DNA of 64,000 nucleotides from Candidatus Hydrothermarchaeota archaeon (GTDB lineage: Archaea; CAYFZR01). This document shows positions 38,462-48,825 of this stretch, in pieces; positions within the stretch are counted from its first letter, which is position 1; each line of letters opens with the position of its first letter. The stretch spans positions 1 through 64,000 of the forward strand of contig JBHIEG010000009.1 in the NCBI GenBank assembly GCA_046760505.1, written 5' to 3'. The notes under the pieces are model-generated. The model was not told the DNA's origin. It worked only from the letters and a program-made list of their open reading frames with translations, and ran no database searches. A program made the position numbers and the translations under genes.

Positions 38462-39307
38462 ATGGGTGATAATGACATTCCAGAGAGAATCAAGAGACTT
38501 TTGATCACATATGATGACTTGGTTAGTGAACTAAAAGAATTTTCTGGATTAAATTTAGATTTTTACCCTTCTTTGCCTAAAGATATTCCCGTAGTTCGCA
38601 TAGGAAACTCAAACAAAGTCATCATGTTTGTCGCGAGGATCCATGGAGACGAACCTACAGGCACAGAAGCGTGTAGGTGGTTTATCAGAAGTAAAGAGCC
38701 TAATGACTTTGCTTATGTCCTCTTTCCTCTAGTGAACACATACGGGTGTGAATATAACAAGAGAGAAAACATCCATAACATAGACATTACTCGAGATTTT
38801 ATGGTAAGCAAGGAGTTTGAAACACTTGCTTTAAAAAATGCGATAGAAAAATTTAAGCCAAGATTTATATTGGACCTACATAACACCAACTTTCTGACAC
38901 CCCTCTCGAAGAATCCAAGAGGATATCTTCAACCCGCTAACGACAATGAATCTATCAGGGCGGCATTGCAAATTAAGAGTTACCTAGATAAACACGGCTT
39001 ATCGAATCTTATTAGGAAAGATATGCTTCCAGAATGTTTTCTAAATCCAAAAGGAGGCAAACACACAAATTACAAGAAGATAGATGACGGTGTATTCGTG
39101 AGATATAAGGGTGAAACAGGTTTCAAGGAATACACAATGAAGTTGGGAATTCCCCATATATGCGTAGAATCTCCTGCTAAAACAAAGAATTTCTTCTTTA
39201 GAGAAAAGGAAGAAATAGAGAGATATGAAAAGAATTTCAAGAGCTATGTGAATTTCCATTATCTCAGCATGCTTGGTGTGATAGAATATCTCAAGGCAAG
39301 GAGGTAG
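38462..39307 (+). CDS. M14 family zinc carboxypeptidase/deacylase
   Basis: IHGDE (HxxE), REN...DITRDF, LDLH, C-terminal VES. Confidence 0.8.
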   Translation: MGDNDIPERIKRLLITYDDLVSELKEFSGLNLDFYPSLPKDIPVVRIGNSNKVIMFVARIHGDEPTGTEACRWFIRSKEPNDFAYVLFPLVNTYGCEYNKRENIHNIDITRDFMVSKEFETLALKNAIEKFKPRFILDLHNTNFLTPLSKNPRGYLQPANDNESIRAALQIKSYLDKHGLSNLIRKDMLPECFLNPKGGKHTNYKKIDDGVFVRYKGETGFKEYTMKLGIPHICVESPAKTKNFFFREKEEIERYEKNFKSYVNFHYLSMLGVIEYLKARR

Positions 39308-39311
39308 TAAG

Positions 39312-40856
39312 ATGGACATCACTGATCTGTCCATCGAGTTGTACGAGTCACATCAAAGAATGATCAATTCAGAAAAGAAAAATTTCGTGAAAGAGGTTGA
39401 GAGTTTTCAGAAATATCTTGATAAAATCAGCGAGATATTTGGTATTGATCAATACAATCTCGCAAGATACGGGTATTTTTTGGACATGAGATTGATGAGA
39501 GAGACCTACTTGGAATTACTTGAGGAAAGACCAGATATCGCAGAAGTAAGAAAGAGTGAAAATTTACCCGTTCTTATGAGCGTAGATATGATGGATTGTG
39601 GCGGTAAGATAGCAGTGATAGAAACAAACGGATTTACTTGCAGGGGATTCAGTTGCGGGGATGTTGAGATGATTGTTAGTTCTCTAAAAAATGTACTCAA
39701 AGATGGAAAGGTTACATTTGCAATCGGATATCCATTTGAGGAAGGAAAATCAAGAAAATCTGATGACCTTGTATACGAAAAAATATTGTACTGCGGTGCA
39801 TTGGCTAAGAAGATGAGAGAACATGGAAAGAAGGTAAAAGTTGAGAAATTTGATGATAGAATAGATAGTGGTAGAATAAATAATGACTTTGATATACTGA
39901 TGCTCTTGATACCAAAAAACATGTCAGAGAATTTTGAGATAAGAGATAACCGAGTCTTTCTTGAAAATGTAAGAATCGACTTCATATCTGATAACATAGC
40001 AAGGACAAGAAACGAATTGGTAGACTATGTAATTAACATCAATCCCAATGGTAAGATTTCAGACAGCAAGCATCTAACATATAAGGCAGTCGAAAGTTTT
40101 TTAAAATCTTTGAAAAGAAAGTCTCCAGTCCATGCTCTTTACTCTCATCGAATAAATGTCAAAGAATTAGGTGACAAAGAAATTAGAGAAGAAGTTAAGA
40201 AAGCTACAAGGAATATTCTTGCCATGGGGAGAAATATCCTTGTAAAACCAGATAAGGGGTCTGGTGGTGGCGGTATCTTTGTTTGCAGTACCGAAGAGGA
40301 AGTTTTTGAGAGAATTAAATTAGCAGAGCCCTATGCACCCGATGGAAATATTTTAATAATGGAATGTGCGCCCGTAGTTCCAGTGGATCTTGATTTGGAT
40401 GTAGGTAAGATTAGGTCTGGAGATTTGCTTGAAAAGGTAATCAGAGAGATCCATCAACACGCTCTGGAAGAAGGTATTCCTGAGAACTTTTTAAAAGGCA
40501 AACATGCGGTAGATTTCAGATTCTATGTTGTATGTCTGAAAGGGAAAGAAATAATCGAAAAATACGGTGTAAAGAAAATTAACGGAGAAAGTTTTTATTT
40601 GGCCCCTCTTGCAGCAATTCTCAGGATGGCTCCAGGAATCTGGATTGATGATTCGAAGTTTTTGGTAGAAGATCCAACAATAATAAAGACCAATATCAGC
40701 CAAGAAGTGAAAGATAAGGGTGCAAAGGTAGAACACGGCATACTTAGATTTTTTGTCCCCTTCAAAGAAATCCTTGAAGCATTCAACTATAGAGAGAGAT
40801 ATAAAGACTTTATGATTGCTTCTTTCGATGCGGTAAAGGCAACGATTTATTACTAG
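39312..40856 (+). CDS. Circularly permuted ATP-grasp ligase
   Basis: SVDMM...VIETN near the N-terminus; VKPDKGSGGGGI, IME, DFRFYV, KTNIS in the C-terminal half. Confidence 0.7.
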   Translation: MDITDLSIELYESHQRMINSEKKNFVKEVESFQKYLDKISEIFGIDQYNLARYGYFLDMRLMRETYLELLEERPDIAEVRKSENLPVLMSVDMMDCGGKIAVIETNGFTCRGFSCGDVEMIVSSLKNVLKDGKVTFAIGYPFEEGKSRKSDDLVYEKILYCGALAKKMREHGKKVKVEKFDDRIDSGRINNDFDILMLLIPKNMSENFEIRDNRVFLENVRIDFISDNIARTRNELVDYVININPNGKISDSKHLTYKAVESFLKSLKRKSPVHALYSHRINVKELGDKEIREEVKKATRNILAMGRNILVKPDKGSGGGGIFVCSTEEEVFERIKLAEPYAPDGNILIMECAPVVPVDLDLDVGKIRSGDLLEKVIREIHQHALEEGIPENFLKGKHAVDFRFYVVCLKGKEIIEKYGVKKINGESFYLAPLAAILRMAPGIWIDDSKFLVEDPTIIKTNISQEVKDKGAKVEHGILRFFVPFKEILEAFNYRERYKDFMIASFDAVKATIYY

Positions 40857-40875
40857 CCATTTTTTTAATCCTAAA

Positions 40876-41706
40876 TCAGGATTCTTTAGCTATTTCCCAG
40901 AGCATATCCCAGAAAAGCATGAAAGACTTTGCAAAGCTGTCATTTTCAAAATATAATCCTGTGACATTCAAGAGAGCATCACCCTTTATTCCTGGCAAAC
41001 AAATGAATATAGCCTTTGAATCCACGAGAGTTATCTTAATGGGGGGCATTATCCCTTCTTTTTCTCCAAACCTTATGAGGGGAGATATAGTTCTAATTAT
41101 TCCCTCTTTTTTGAGTTTTTCAAGATCTTTCTCATCGAGACTATCAGGGATGATAGGTCTTTTGCGAGCCACTATCTTGACCCTGGCATTTCTATCTTTT
41201 TTTTCCATGATGATATTTTCTATGATTTTAAATTCGTTTCTAAGGAAGTATCCATTGACAATTCGAATCTCTTTTTTCGCGCTCCTTAATATTTCTTCCA
41301 ATTTTATTAGATAATTCTGTTCTCCGCTGACTATCCAGACAGTTGTTTCCTCTTCTCGAGTCTCCCTTCTCTTCAAGTAGATCTGGTTGATATAGGGTAT
41401 AATTTGATCACTCATTTCTTGAAGTTCATTTGATCTCGTTAGAACAAAGTTCTTCAGCGCGTTATTTGGATCAAGCGCTCGGAAGACTTTAGGTCTTTTG
41501 TACTGTACTTCAAGCAGCCCCCACTTCGTAAGTTTATCCAGGGCTTCGTAGACTTTTGGACGGGAAAAACCTGATAGTTTGCTCAGTTCTCCAGCTGTGG
41601 CCTGATTTCGCGATAGTAGTAGGAGATATGTCTTTGTCTCTGCTTCTGTCATTCCCAAATCCTGCAGTTGCCTTTGAATTTCATGCAACTTCATTGACCT
41701 CACCAT
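40876..41706 (-). CDS. TrmB family transcriptional regulator
   Basis: LGMTEAETKTY, SRPKVYEAL, RPKVF; C-terminal PLD-like effector domain. Confidence 0.88.
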   Translation of the reverse strand: MVRSMKLHEIQRQLQDLGMTEAETKTYLLLLSRNQATAGELSKLSGFSRPKVYEALDKLTKWGLLEVQYKRPKVFRALDPNNALKNFVLTRSNELQEMSDQIIPYINQIYLKRRETREEETTVWIVSGEQNYLIKLEEILRSAKKEIRIVNGYFLRNEFKIIENIIMEKKDRNARVKIVARKRPIIPDSLDEKDLEKLKKEGIIRTISPLIRFGEKEGIMPPIKITLVDSKAIFICLPGIKGDALLNVTGLYFENDSFAKSFMLFWDMLWEIAKES

Positions 41707-41798
41707 TAATGTTGTCAAGTAAGTTGTTTACAATAGAAAGGTTTATAAGTTTCTTTATATATAAACTTGACTGGCTAATTAAAAAAGGAGCACTGAAG

Positions 41799-42719
41799 TT
41801 GCGAGCCATAGTTGAGACCTTCAACTTAACAAAGGAGTTCAACGGACTTATTGCAGTAGATAATATAAACTTTAAAATAAAAAAAGGCGAGATATTCGGT
41901 TTACTAGGACCTAATGGTGCAGGAAAATCCACCCTAGTTAATATGCTTTGCTGTTTGTTGAAACCTACGAGAGGGACCGCTAGAATAGCCGGAATAGACA
42001 TATTGGAGGAACCAGAGGCGGTAAAGTCAGTGATAGGGGTAGTTCCCCAAGAACATTGCTTGTATGATAATCTCACGCTGTATGAAAATCTTGATTTTAT
42101 GGCAGAGATGTACGAGATTCCAAAAGAAAAGAGAAAATTACTGATAAAACAAGCCCTTGATTTAATGTTCCTTTATGAGAGGAGAAATGATCCTATAGGA
42201 ACATTCTCCGGGGGAATGAAGCAAAGATCGAACATAGCAAGTGGCTTGATCAATGAACCTGAGATACTTTTTCTAGACGAGCCTACTACAGGTATTGATC
42301 CTCAAAATAGACAGGCAATCTGGGATTTCATAAGAAGACTCAACCAAGAGGAAGGAGTTACCATTTTTATAACCACACATTACATGGACGAGGCAGATCT
42401 TCTCTGCGATCGCGTCGCCATAATGGATCATGGCAAAATCATAGCCTTAGATACTCCTAGAGAGCTAAAGGGCTTACTAAAAGGAGACATCATTGAGATA
42501 GAATCTGATATAATCGATATAGACCTAATTAAATCTTTAGAAGGCGTTAGCGAGATCATTGAAACTAAACCTGCAAAAATCATCGTTGAAGATGCAGATT
42601 CCGTTTTGCCCGATATAATAAAAAATGTTCCAAATATAAAATCCATTAGAGTAGAAAAACCAACTTTGCAGGACGTATTCTTGAAATTGACAGGAAGGGA
42701 GCTTCGGGACCGTGCGTGA
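41799..42719 (+). CDS. ABC transporter ATP-binding protein (DrrA-like)
   Basis: GPNGAGKST, FSGGMKQR, LDEPT, TTH; TTG at 41799 after AGGAG. Confidence 0.92.
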   Translation: MRAIVETFNLTKEFNGLIAVDNINFKIKKGEIFGLLGPNGAGKSTLVNMLCCLLKPTRGTARIAGIDILEEPEAVKSVIGVVPQEHCLYDNLTLYENLDFMAEMYEIPKEKRKLLIKQALDLMFLYERRNDPIGTFSGGMKQRSNIASGLINEPEILFLDEPTTGIDPQNRQAIWDFIRRLNQEEGVTIFITTHYMDEADLLCDRVAIMDHGKIIALDTPRELKGLLKGDIIEIESDIIDIDLIKSLEGVSEIIETKPAKIIVEDADSVLPDIIKNVPNIKSIRVEKPTLQDVFLKLTGRELRDRA

Positions 42720-42746
42720 TATAAAATTTCAAAACTGGGAGATCTC

Positions 42747-43886
42747 ATGAGTCTTAAAAGGGATTTGCATCATGCAAAAACTATAGCGAAAAAAGACCTG
42801 CGAGAACTGAGCAAAGTCCCCCATGTGTATATCGCCTTAACGCTCTTTCCACTAATAATGGTATCAATAATAGCTTGGGGGTTTGGTGGAGATATAGATC
42901 ATATAAAGGTAGCATTTGTTGACGAGGATAGTACTGCTATTTCCATTGACTTAATGGAAGAATTTCAGAGTTCCAAAATCTTAGACGTCATAGAAGTTAA
43001 TGGAGTGGATCAGGCAAGAAAGATGCTGGAAGACGAGAGAGTATTTGGAGTCATAGTTATTCCCGAAGGATTTGGTAAGAATTTTGAAGAGTCCCGGTAC
43101 AAGATTGATCTATATCTAGATGGATCGCGGTACACCATAATGAACATAATCTCCAGAGAAGTAGAAAGAATAACATCCGCGTATGCGAGCGGTATATCAC
43201 TGGAAATTTTATCAAAATACCATGAGGATCCTGAAGTTATTTTCAAACCAGTTGATCTCCAAAAAGACTATCTCTTCGGCGGTAATTCGGAGTATCTCGA
43301 TTTTATAATTCCCGGAGGAATCGCGTTTGCCATTGCAGTTGGAGTGATGCTCAGGATGGGGGATATGATTGTAAGAGAGAGGGAGAGAGGCACAATCCAA
43401 AGGATTTTAATCACTCCCGCTACCAATAGAGCGATAATCCTCGGCAAAACTCTTTCAAGTTTGGCAATAGATATTCCTCGTGCTTTCATAGTAACTATCC
43501 TTGCATTCATGATTTTTCCCATTTATCTCAGGGGTAGCTTCTTTTCCTTAATGGTAATCGAGTTTCTGGAAATCCTCATATTCATAGGAATCGGATTCAT
43601 GATTTCTAGTAGAATAAAATCCATGGCGGAGTACATACCCATTGCATTGCCCTTAACCATACCTCCAGCATTTATTTCCGGTGTTTTTTTCCCGATAGAG
43701 GCCCTTCCATGGATTTTAAACAAATTCGCTTATTTATTGCCCCTAACGTATGTGGCCCATGCTTTAAGAGAAATAACAATAAAGGGCTATGGACTCTCTA
43801 TGATCATGACTGATGTTACCGCTCTTTCAATATACGCGATTATAGCAATGGGACTTGGAGTATTAACATTCCAGAGAGAAGTTTGA
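42747..43886 (+). CDS. ABC-2 type transporter permease
   Basis: ERERGT..R....P motif, six TM helices, extracellular domain. Confidence 0.9.
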   Translation: MSLKRDLHHAKTIAKKDLRELSKVPHVYIALTLFPLIMVSIIAWGFGGDIDHIKVAFVDEDSTAISIDLMEEFQSSKILDVIEVNGVDQARKMLEDERVFGVIVIPEGFGKNFEESRYKIDLYLDGSRYTIMNIISREVERITSAYASGISLEILSKYHEDPEVIFKPVDLQKDYLFGGNSEYLDFIIPGGIAFAIAVGVMLRMGDMIVRERERGTIQRILITPATNRAIILGKTLSSLAIDIPRAFIVTILAFMIFPIYLRGSFFSLMVIEFLEILIFIGIGFMISSRIKSMAEYIPIALPLTIPPAFISGVFFPIEALPWILNKFAYLLPLTYVAHALREITIKGYGLSMIMTDVTALSIYAIIAMGLGVLTFQREV

Positions 43887-43897
43887 GGTGATAATAT

Positions 43898-45457
43898 ATG
43901 AGGAAAACATATTTTTTGATAATTACAATAATCTTAATATCTCAAATAGGATTTTCTCAAATATCTGGGAGAATTTGCTGTCCTGAGCCGGAGATAGAGG
44001 GAGGAATAAAACAGGAAACCTCAGGACCTTTTGCAATTACACTCGTTACATCTGATCCTTCTCCAATAAGACCTGGAGACAGGGACGTACAACTGAATAT
44101 CTGGATTGAGTACAGAGAAGAGAGAACTATAGAGGATTTGAGCGTTCAATTGGCTATAGATAAACCGTTTTCTCTAGCAAGAAAAGGTGGCTCTTTGGCG
44201 TATATCGGCATGCTTGGACAGTACGGAGAAGGAAAATGCGAGTTTTACGTAAACGTTGATGAATCCGCTATATCCAACGTTTATGAATTGGAACTTTTAT
44301 TTTCTTATTTAAAGGACGGCGAAAGAGTTTTTTCAAAAGAAAAAGTAAAGATACCTGTAGAAGGAAAGGCAGAGATAGTTTTAACGAATTTAAAAACAGA
44401 GCCCGAGACAGTTTCACCGGGAGAAAGCGCATTGGTTTCCATGAGCATAGAAAATAGTGGAACCGGAGATGCAAGAAGTTTCTGGATTGTATTGGAGCCA
44501 GAATATCCTTTTACAGTAGATAAGAATGAATACTACTTAGGAACATTAAATCCCGGCGAGAAGAATGATTTAAAATTTTTACTATACGTAGACGATCTGG
44601 CAGAAGAAAAGACCTATCCATTGAATTTAGATATAAGATACGAAGACGAATCCGGAGGTATACACGAAGCAACACGAAGGATGGGTATTTCTGTTCAAGA
44701 AAAAGATTCTCTGATGGTAGAAAAAACCATTACCGACCCAAAAAAAATAAAACCCGGAGATGAAAATGTCCTGTTGAAAATTTTTATTGTAAATGCTGGT
44801 GGAAAAATTCTAAAAAACGTGGATGCCAAACTATTAACTTTTGAAGGAATAAAACCTTCTTGGACTGGGGCAGAAAGGAAATTCCTAGGAAATTTATTAC
44901 CCTATCACTCAGCGGAATGCGATTTCTATTTGGACATAGATGATGACATGAAATCAGGCATATATCCCCTTAAACTTGAATTAGTTTACAGTGGAGGGAG
45001 CACTACAAAAGTAATACAGACCAAGGTCTCTGCTCACGCAAGATTTGAGATAGGAAACTTAACACATAACAAGGCGGTTCAGGGCGGCTCAGTCAAGATC
45101 CATATCCCAGTAAAAAATGTTGGAGATGAAAAAGCAGAATCTGTTAAAGTACAGCTAAAAACACCAAATTATTTCACAGGATACAAAACGAGTTATCTTG
45201 GAACAATAGGACCAGGAGAGAGCGATACCGCTGTTTTTGATCTAGATATCGACAAAGAGGCGGAACCAGATGAGTACCTGATAGATGTAAAGATATTCTG
45301 GGACGAGGATGAGGAAAGATACACGGATACAGAGACCTTCTCCTTGCGCGTATACAAGAGCTGGATGAGAATGTATCTTTTTTTGGTACTTACTATACTC
45401 GTTATTTTGCTTATAAGCGTGGCTATAAAGGTAAAAAAACAGAGAAAGGAGGAGTAA
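43898..45457 (+). CDS. COG1361-type S-layer domain protein (repeated Ig/CARDB domains, C-terminal TM)
   Basis: Signal peptide, repeated N.G...A / LG.L.PGE units, C-terminal TM plus basic tail. Confidence 0.8.
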   Translation: MRKTYFLIITIILISQIGFSQISGRICCPEPEIEGGIKQETSGPFAITLVTSDPSPIRPGDRDVQLNIWIEYREERTIEDLSVQLAIDKPFSLARKGGSLAYIGMLGQYGEGKCEFYVNVDESAISNVYELELLFSYLKDGERVFSKEKVKIPVEGKAEIVLTNLKTEPETVSPGESALVSMSIENSGTGDARSFWIVLEPEYPFTVDKNEYYLGTLNPGEKNDLKFLLYVDDLAEEKTYPLNLDIRYEDESGGIHEATRRMGISVQEKDSLMVEKTITDPKKIKPGDENVLLKIFIVNAGGKILKNVDAKLLTFEGIKPSWTGAERKFLGNLLPYHSAECDFYLDIDDDMKSGIYPLKLELVYSGGSTTKVIQTKVSAHARFEIGNLTHNKAVQGGSVKIHIPVKNVGDEKAESVKVQLKTPNYFTGYKTSYLGTIGPGESDTAVFDLDIDKEAEPDEYLIDVKIFWDEDEERYTDTETFSLRVYKSWMRMYLFLVLTILVILLISVAIKVKKQRKEE

Positions 45458-45550
45458 AGGCACTCAAATTTATAGATACCATCAACCCTAATCACCATTT
45501 ATTTTACATTTGAAAAAAGATTAAATATTACTAAAACAAGAGATGCACTC

Positions 45551-45847
45551 ATGTCTGGCGCGGTTAAAAAATACCATGAGATCTACAACAACCTGTTCAG
45601 AAGCAAATATACGGGCTTAGCGCTCTTAATACTAATTGAAAATGAAGGTAAACTTGAAAGACCAAAATTACGTAAGCTCGTTGAATGTAGAGATTTTAAC
45701 AGATATGTAATGATTCCTCTCCTAGATAATGAATACATAGAAGTGGTTCAGGATAAAAGCAAGTATCCATACAAAACCTACGTAGCGCTAACCGATAAGG
45801 GAAGGAAAATTGCAGAAAAGGTAAAGTCATGCATCGATGAGTTCTAG
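45551..45847 (+). CDS. wHTH domain protein
   Basis: LTDKGRKIA wing motif. Confidence 0.65.
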   Translation: MSGAVKKYHEIYNNLFRSKYTGLALLILIENEGKLERPKLRKLVECRDFNRYVMIPLLDNEYIEVVQDKSKYPYKTYVALTDKGRKIAEKVKSCIDEF

Positions 45848-45891
45848 ATGTTCTTAACCAAGTTTAACGAACTAGATCAGGAGGTAAAAAT

Positions 45892-47079
45892 TTGGCTGTT
45901 GAATTGAAGAAGGGAGTCTACTGGGTAGGTGCCATAGACTGGAATATAAGGGATTTCCATGGATATTTAACTCCAAAAGGAACCACATACAACGCGTATC
46001 TTATTGTAGATGACAAAATAACGCTTGTTGATACGGTAAGGCATGGATTCTTTGATGAAATGCTTAGGAGGATCAAAGAAATTGTTGATCCCAGAGAAAT
46101 CGATTTTGTAGTTTCTAATCATGTTGAAAAAGATCATTCAGGCTCTCTAATCGACATAATGAGATTGGCCAAAAATGCAGAAATTTATGCCACGAGAAAA
46201 GGGAAAGATGGCCTAATAAAATACTACAAAAAAGATTGGCCTTTCAACATTGTTAAAACAGGAGACGAATTAGATATAGGCAAAAAAACCCTGATGTTCA
46301 TCGAGGCGCCGATGTTGCATTGGCCAGATAGTATGTTCACATACATAAAGGAGGATCATATTCTACTGCCAAACGATGCGTTTGGACAACATGTAGCGAG
46401 TCATCAAAGGTTTGATGATGAAGTAGACGTTATGGAAGACGCAGCCACCTATTATGCAAACATACTAATGCCTTTTGCTCCTATGATACTTAGGAAAATA
46501 GAAGAAGTGGTATATCTAGGAATCAAAATAGATATGATAGGACCAAGTCACGGGATAATATGGCGGAAGGAACCAGATAAAATAATCAAGGCATACGTTG
46601 ATTGGAGCAAAGGAATCACAAGAGATAAGATCATAATCGTCTACGATACCATGTGGGGGAGCACAGAAAAAATAGCCAGATCAATCCTTCGAGGAATAAA
46701 AAGAGAAGGAATAGAGGCCAAATTGTTGAAGCTGAGAGAGAATCACAGGAGTTATGTTGTAAGAGAAGTTCTTGATTCTAAGGTAGTTTTGGTTGGCTCG
46801 CCAACAATTAACAATGGAATTTTCCCTACGGTAGCAGATTTCATCACCTATCTTAAGGGCTTGAAACCCAAAAAGAAAATTGGAGCTTCTTTTGGTTCCT
46901 ACGGCTGGGGAGGTGGCGCATGTAATATTTTAAACAAAGAATTAAGAGAAATGGGTTTTGAAGTTTTAGATGCAAATCTAGAGTTTAAATACGCTCCGGA
47001 TGAAAGTGAATTGCAGAAATGCGTTGATTTTGGAAGAGAACTTGTAAAAAAGATGAGCACTCATATACCCAGCAATTAA
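45892..47079 (+). CDS. fprA: Flavodiiron protein (O2/NO reductase)
   Basis: GTTYNAY, NHVEKDHSG, HWPD, DAFGQH, flavodoxin domain FGSYGWGG. Confidence 0.95.
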   Translation: MAVELKKGVYWVGAIDWNIRDFHGYLTPKGTTYNAYLIVDDKITLVDTVRHGFFDEMLRRIKEIVDPREIDFVVSNHVEKDHSGSLIDIMRLAKNAEIYATRKGKDGLIKYYKKDWPFNIVKTGDELDIGKKTLMFIEAPMLHWPDSMFTYIKEDHILLPNDAFGQHVASHQRFDDEVDVMEDAATYYANILMPFAPMILRKIEEVVYLGIKIDMIGPSHGIIWRKEPDKIIKAYVDWSKGITRDKIIIVYDTMWGSTEKIARSILRGIKREGIEAKLLKLRENHRSYVVREVLDSKVVLVGSPTINNGIFPTVADFITYLKGLKPKKKIGASFGSYGWGGGACNILNKELREMGFEVLDANLEFKYAPDESELQKCVDFGRELVKKMSTHIPSN

Positions 47080-47218
47080 TAAACAATTTTGAAAGAACAT
47101 TGAAGAGTTAAATACGAATTGAGGCGTATTGTGCAGTAAATATGACTAATTTCGTACAGAAATTTATATAAATCACAATAATTTATATGGAAATTCGTAT
47201 AAATTTAGGGGGAATTGT

Positions 47219-47722
47219 ATGGAGAAAATCGAAGAAAAATTGCAAACCGCCTTTGCAGGAGAGAGCCAAGCAAACAGGAAGTATCTTGCATACTCAAAGA
47301 AAGCGGATGAAGAGGGCTACAAGCAAATTGCAAGGTTATTCCGTGCAGTTGCAGCAGCAGAGACAATTCACGCGCATAACCATTTAAGAATAATGGGAGG
47401 CATCAAAACTACAGAAGAGAATTTGAAGGCAGCGATAGAGGGCGAACACTACGAGTTTACGAAAATGTACCCAGAGTTTATAGAACAAGCAAATAAAGAG
47501 AGCAAAAAAAGAGCGGCTAGAAGTTTTGAGTGGGCAAACGAGGTAGAGAAAGTACATGGAGAGCTTTACTCCAAGTACCTCGAGAGGCTAAAGGCAGGCG
47601 AGAAATTTGAAGAGGAGGACTTCTATGTTTGTGAGGTTTGTGGCTATACTGGAGAGGGAGAAACACCAGATAAATGCCCTGTATGCAGAGCTGTTAAAGA
47701 AAAATTTATGAAAATTGAATAA
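47219..47722 (+). CDS. rbr: Rubrerythrin
   Basis: AFAGESQA, ETIHA, GEHYE, EKVH, CEVCG...CPVC. Confidence 0.95.
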   Translation: MEKIEEKLQTAFAGESQANRKYLAYSKKADEEGYKQIARLFRAVAAAETIHAHNHLRIMGGIKTTEENLKAAIEGEHYEFTKMYPEFIEQANKESKKRAARSFEWANEVEKVHGELYSKYLERLKAGEKFEEEDFYVCEVCGYTGEGETPDKCPVCRAVKEKFMKIE

Positions 47723-47749
47723 TTTAGTGAAAATAGGATAGGGGTTTTT

Positions 47750-47914
47750 ATGGCAGAAAAATGGAGATGTACGATATGTGAATATGTCTATGATCCTGAA
47801 GAAGGGGATCCAGACGGCGGAATAGAAGCAGGCGTTAAATTCGAAGATTTACCAGGAGATTGGACCTGTCCTGTTTGTGGAGCATCAAAAGATATGTTTG
47901 AAAAAATCGAGTAA
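47750..47914 (+). CDS. Rubredoxin (54 aa, not in ORF track)
   Basis: [54 protein letters not shown]. Confidence 0.95.
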   Translation: MAEKWRCTICEYVYDPEEGDPDGGIEAGVKFEDLPGDWTCPVCGASKDMFEKIE

Positions 47915-47923
47915 GGTGATAAA

Positions 47924-48301
47924 ATGGAAGAAAAATCTTGTGGAGAAAATCTCTTTTGTGGTTTGAATAAACCTGCGAATATAAAAAGTATGAGCGATTT
48001 GGAGAAAAAACATACTCCAGTAATCGAGTCACCATCTAGGGTAAAAAAAGAAGAAGTATTCGAGGTTAGCGTAGAGATTGGAAAACTCCTAAAGCATCCA
48101 AACGAAATAGGACATTTTATCCAGTGGATAGAACTTTACTGTGGAGATACTTTTCTAACGAGAGTTGATTTAACTCCTGAATTTACTGAACCAAAGATTA
48201 CTGTTCCAGTACGTTTAACTCATGCTCATCCATTGAGAGCGATAGGAAGATGCAACCTCCACGGTCTTTGGGAGAATACCAAAGAAATTAATGTAGAATA
48301 A
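47924..48301 (+). CDS. sor: Superoxide reductase (1Fe class, neelaredoxin)
   Basis: EKKHTP, HPNEIGHFIQW, CNLHGLW. Confidence 0.92.
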   Translation: MEEKSCGENLFCGLNKPANIKSMSDLEKKHTPVIESPSRVKKEEVFEVSVEIGKLLKHPNEIGHFIQWIELYCGDTFLTRVDLTPEFTEPKITVPVRLTHAHPLRAIGRCNLHGLWENTKEINVE

Positions 48302-48327
48302 TCTTGAGGAAATTCTAAGTGATTAGC

Positions 48328-48750
48328 ATGAAGATAAATAAGGAAAAATTAGTAGAGTTGCTCAACGATGATCTCTCGTGGGAATATACAGCGTTGGTAC
48401 AGTATGTGCAACACAGTGGAGTCATGACAGGCGCAGAATATGGGGACATTGTGAAAGAGATTAAAATTCATGCTACCGAGGAACTTCAGCATGCCTTAAT
48501 ATTGGTGGACCAGATCGATTATTTGGGGGGTACACCAACCGCCAAAGTATATCTTGCCAAAACATCACGGGATCCGAGGGAGATGTTGCAACAAGATTTA
48601 GATGGTGAAGAAGACGCAATAAGAAGATATAGAGAAAGAATAGAGCAGGCAGAAGAGCTTAAAGAATTTGCATTGGCCCAAAAACTCCGTGAAATATTGA
48701 CTATGGAACAGGAACACGCCATGGATCTTAAATTTGCTTTGGGGAGGTAG
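48328..48750 (+). CDS. Ferritin-like (bacterioferritin/Dps-like) diiron protein
   Basis: E..A..QY, EELQHA, GEEDA, EQEHA. Confidence 0.88.
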   Translation: MKINKEKLVELLNDDLSWEYTALVQYVQHSGVMTGAEYGDIVKEIKIHATEELQHALILVDQIDYLGGTPTAKVYLAKTSRDPREMLQQDLDGEEDAIRRYRERIEQAEELKEFALAQKLREILTMEQEHAMDLKFALGR

Positions 48751-48825
48751 TGTACAACCTCATTTTTTTTCTTACTATTTTCTCTGATATCTAACTTTAC
48801 GAGACTGCTCAAAATTTAAAAAAAG

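Noticed and set aside
45850-45858. GTTCTTAAC, a SurR-like box upstream of fprA
   Set aside because: A single 6-bp-information match is expected by chance, and no SurR gene was identified in the window.
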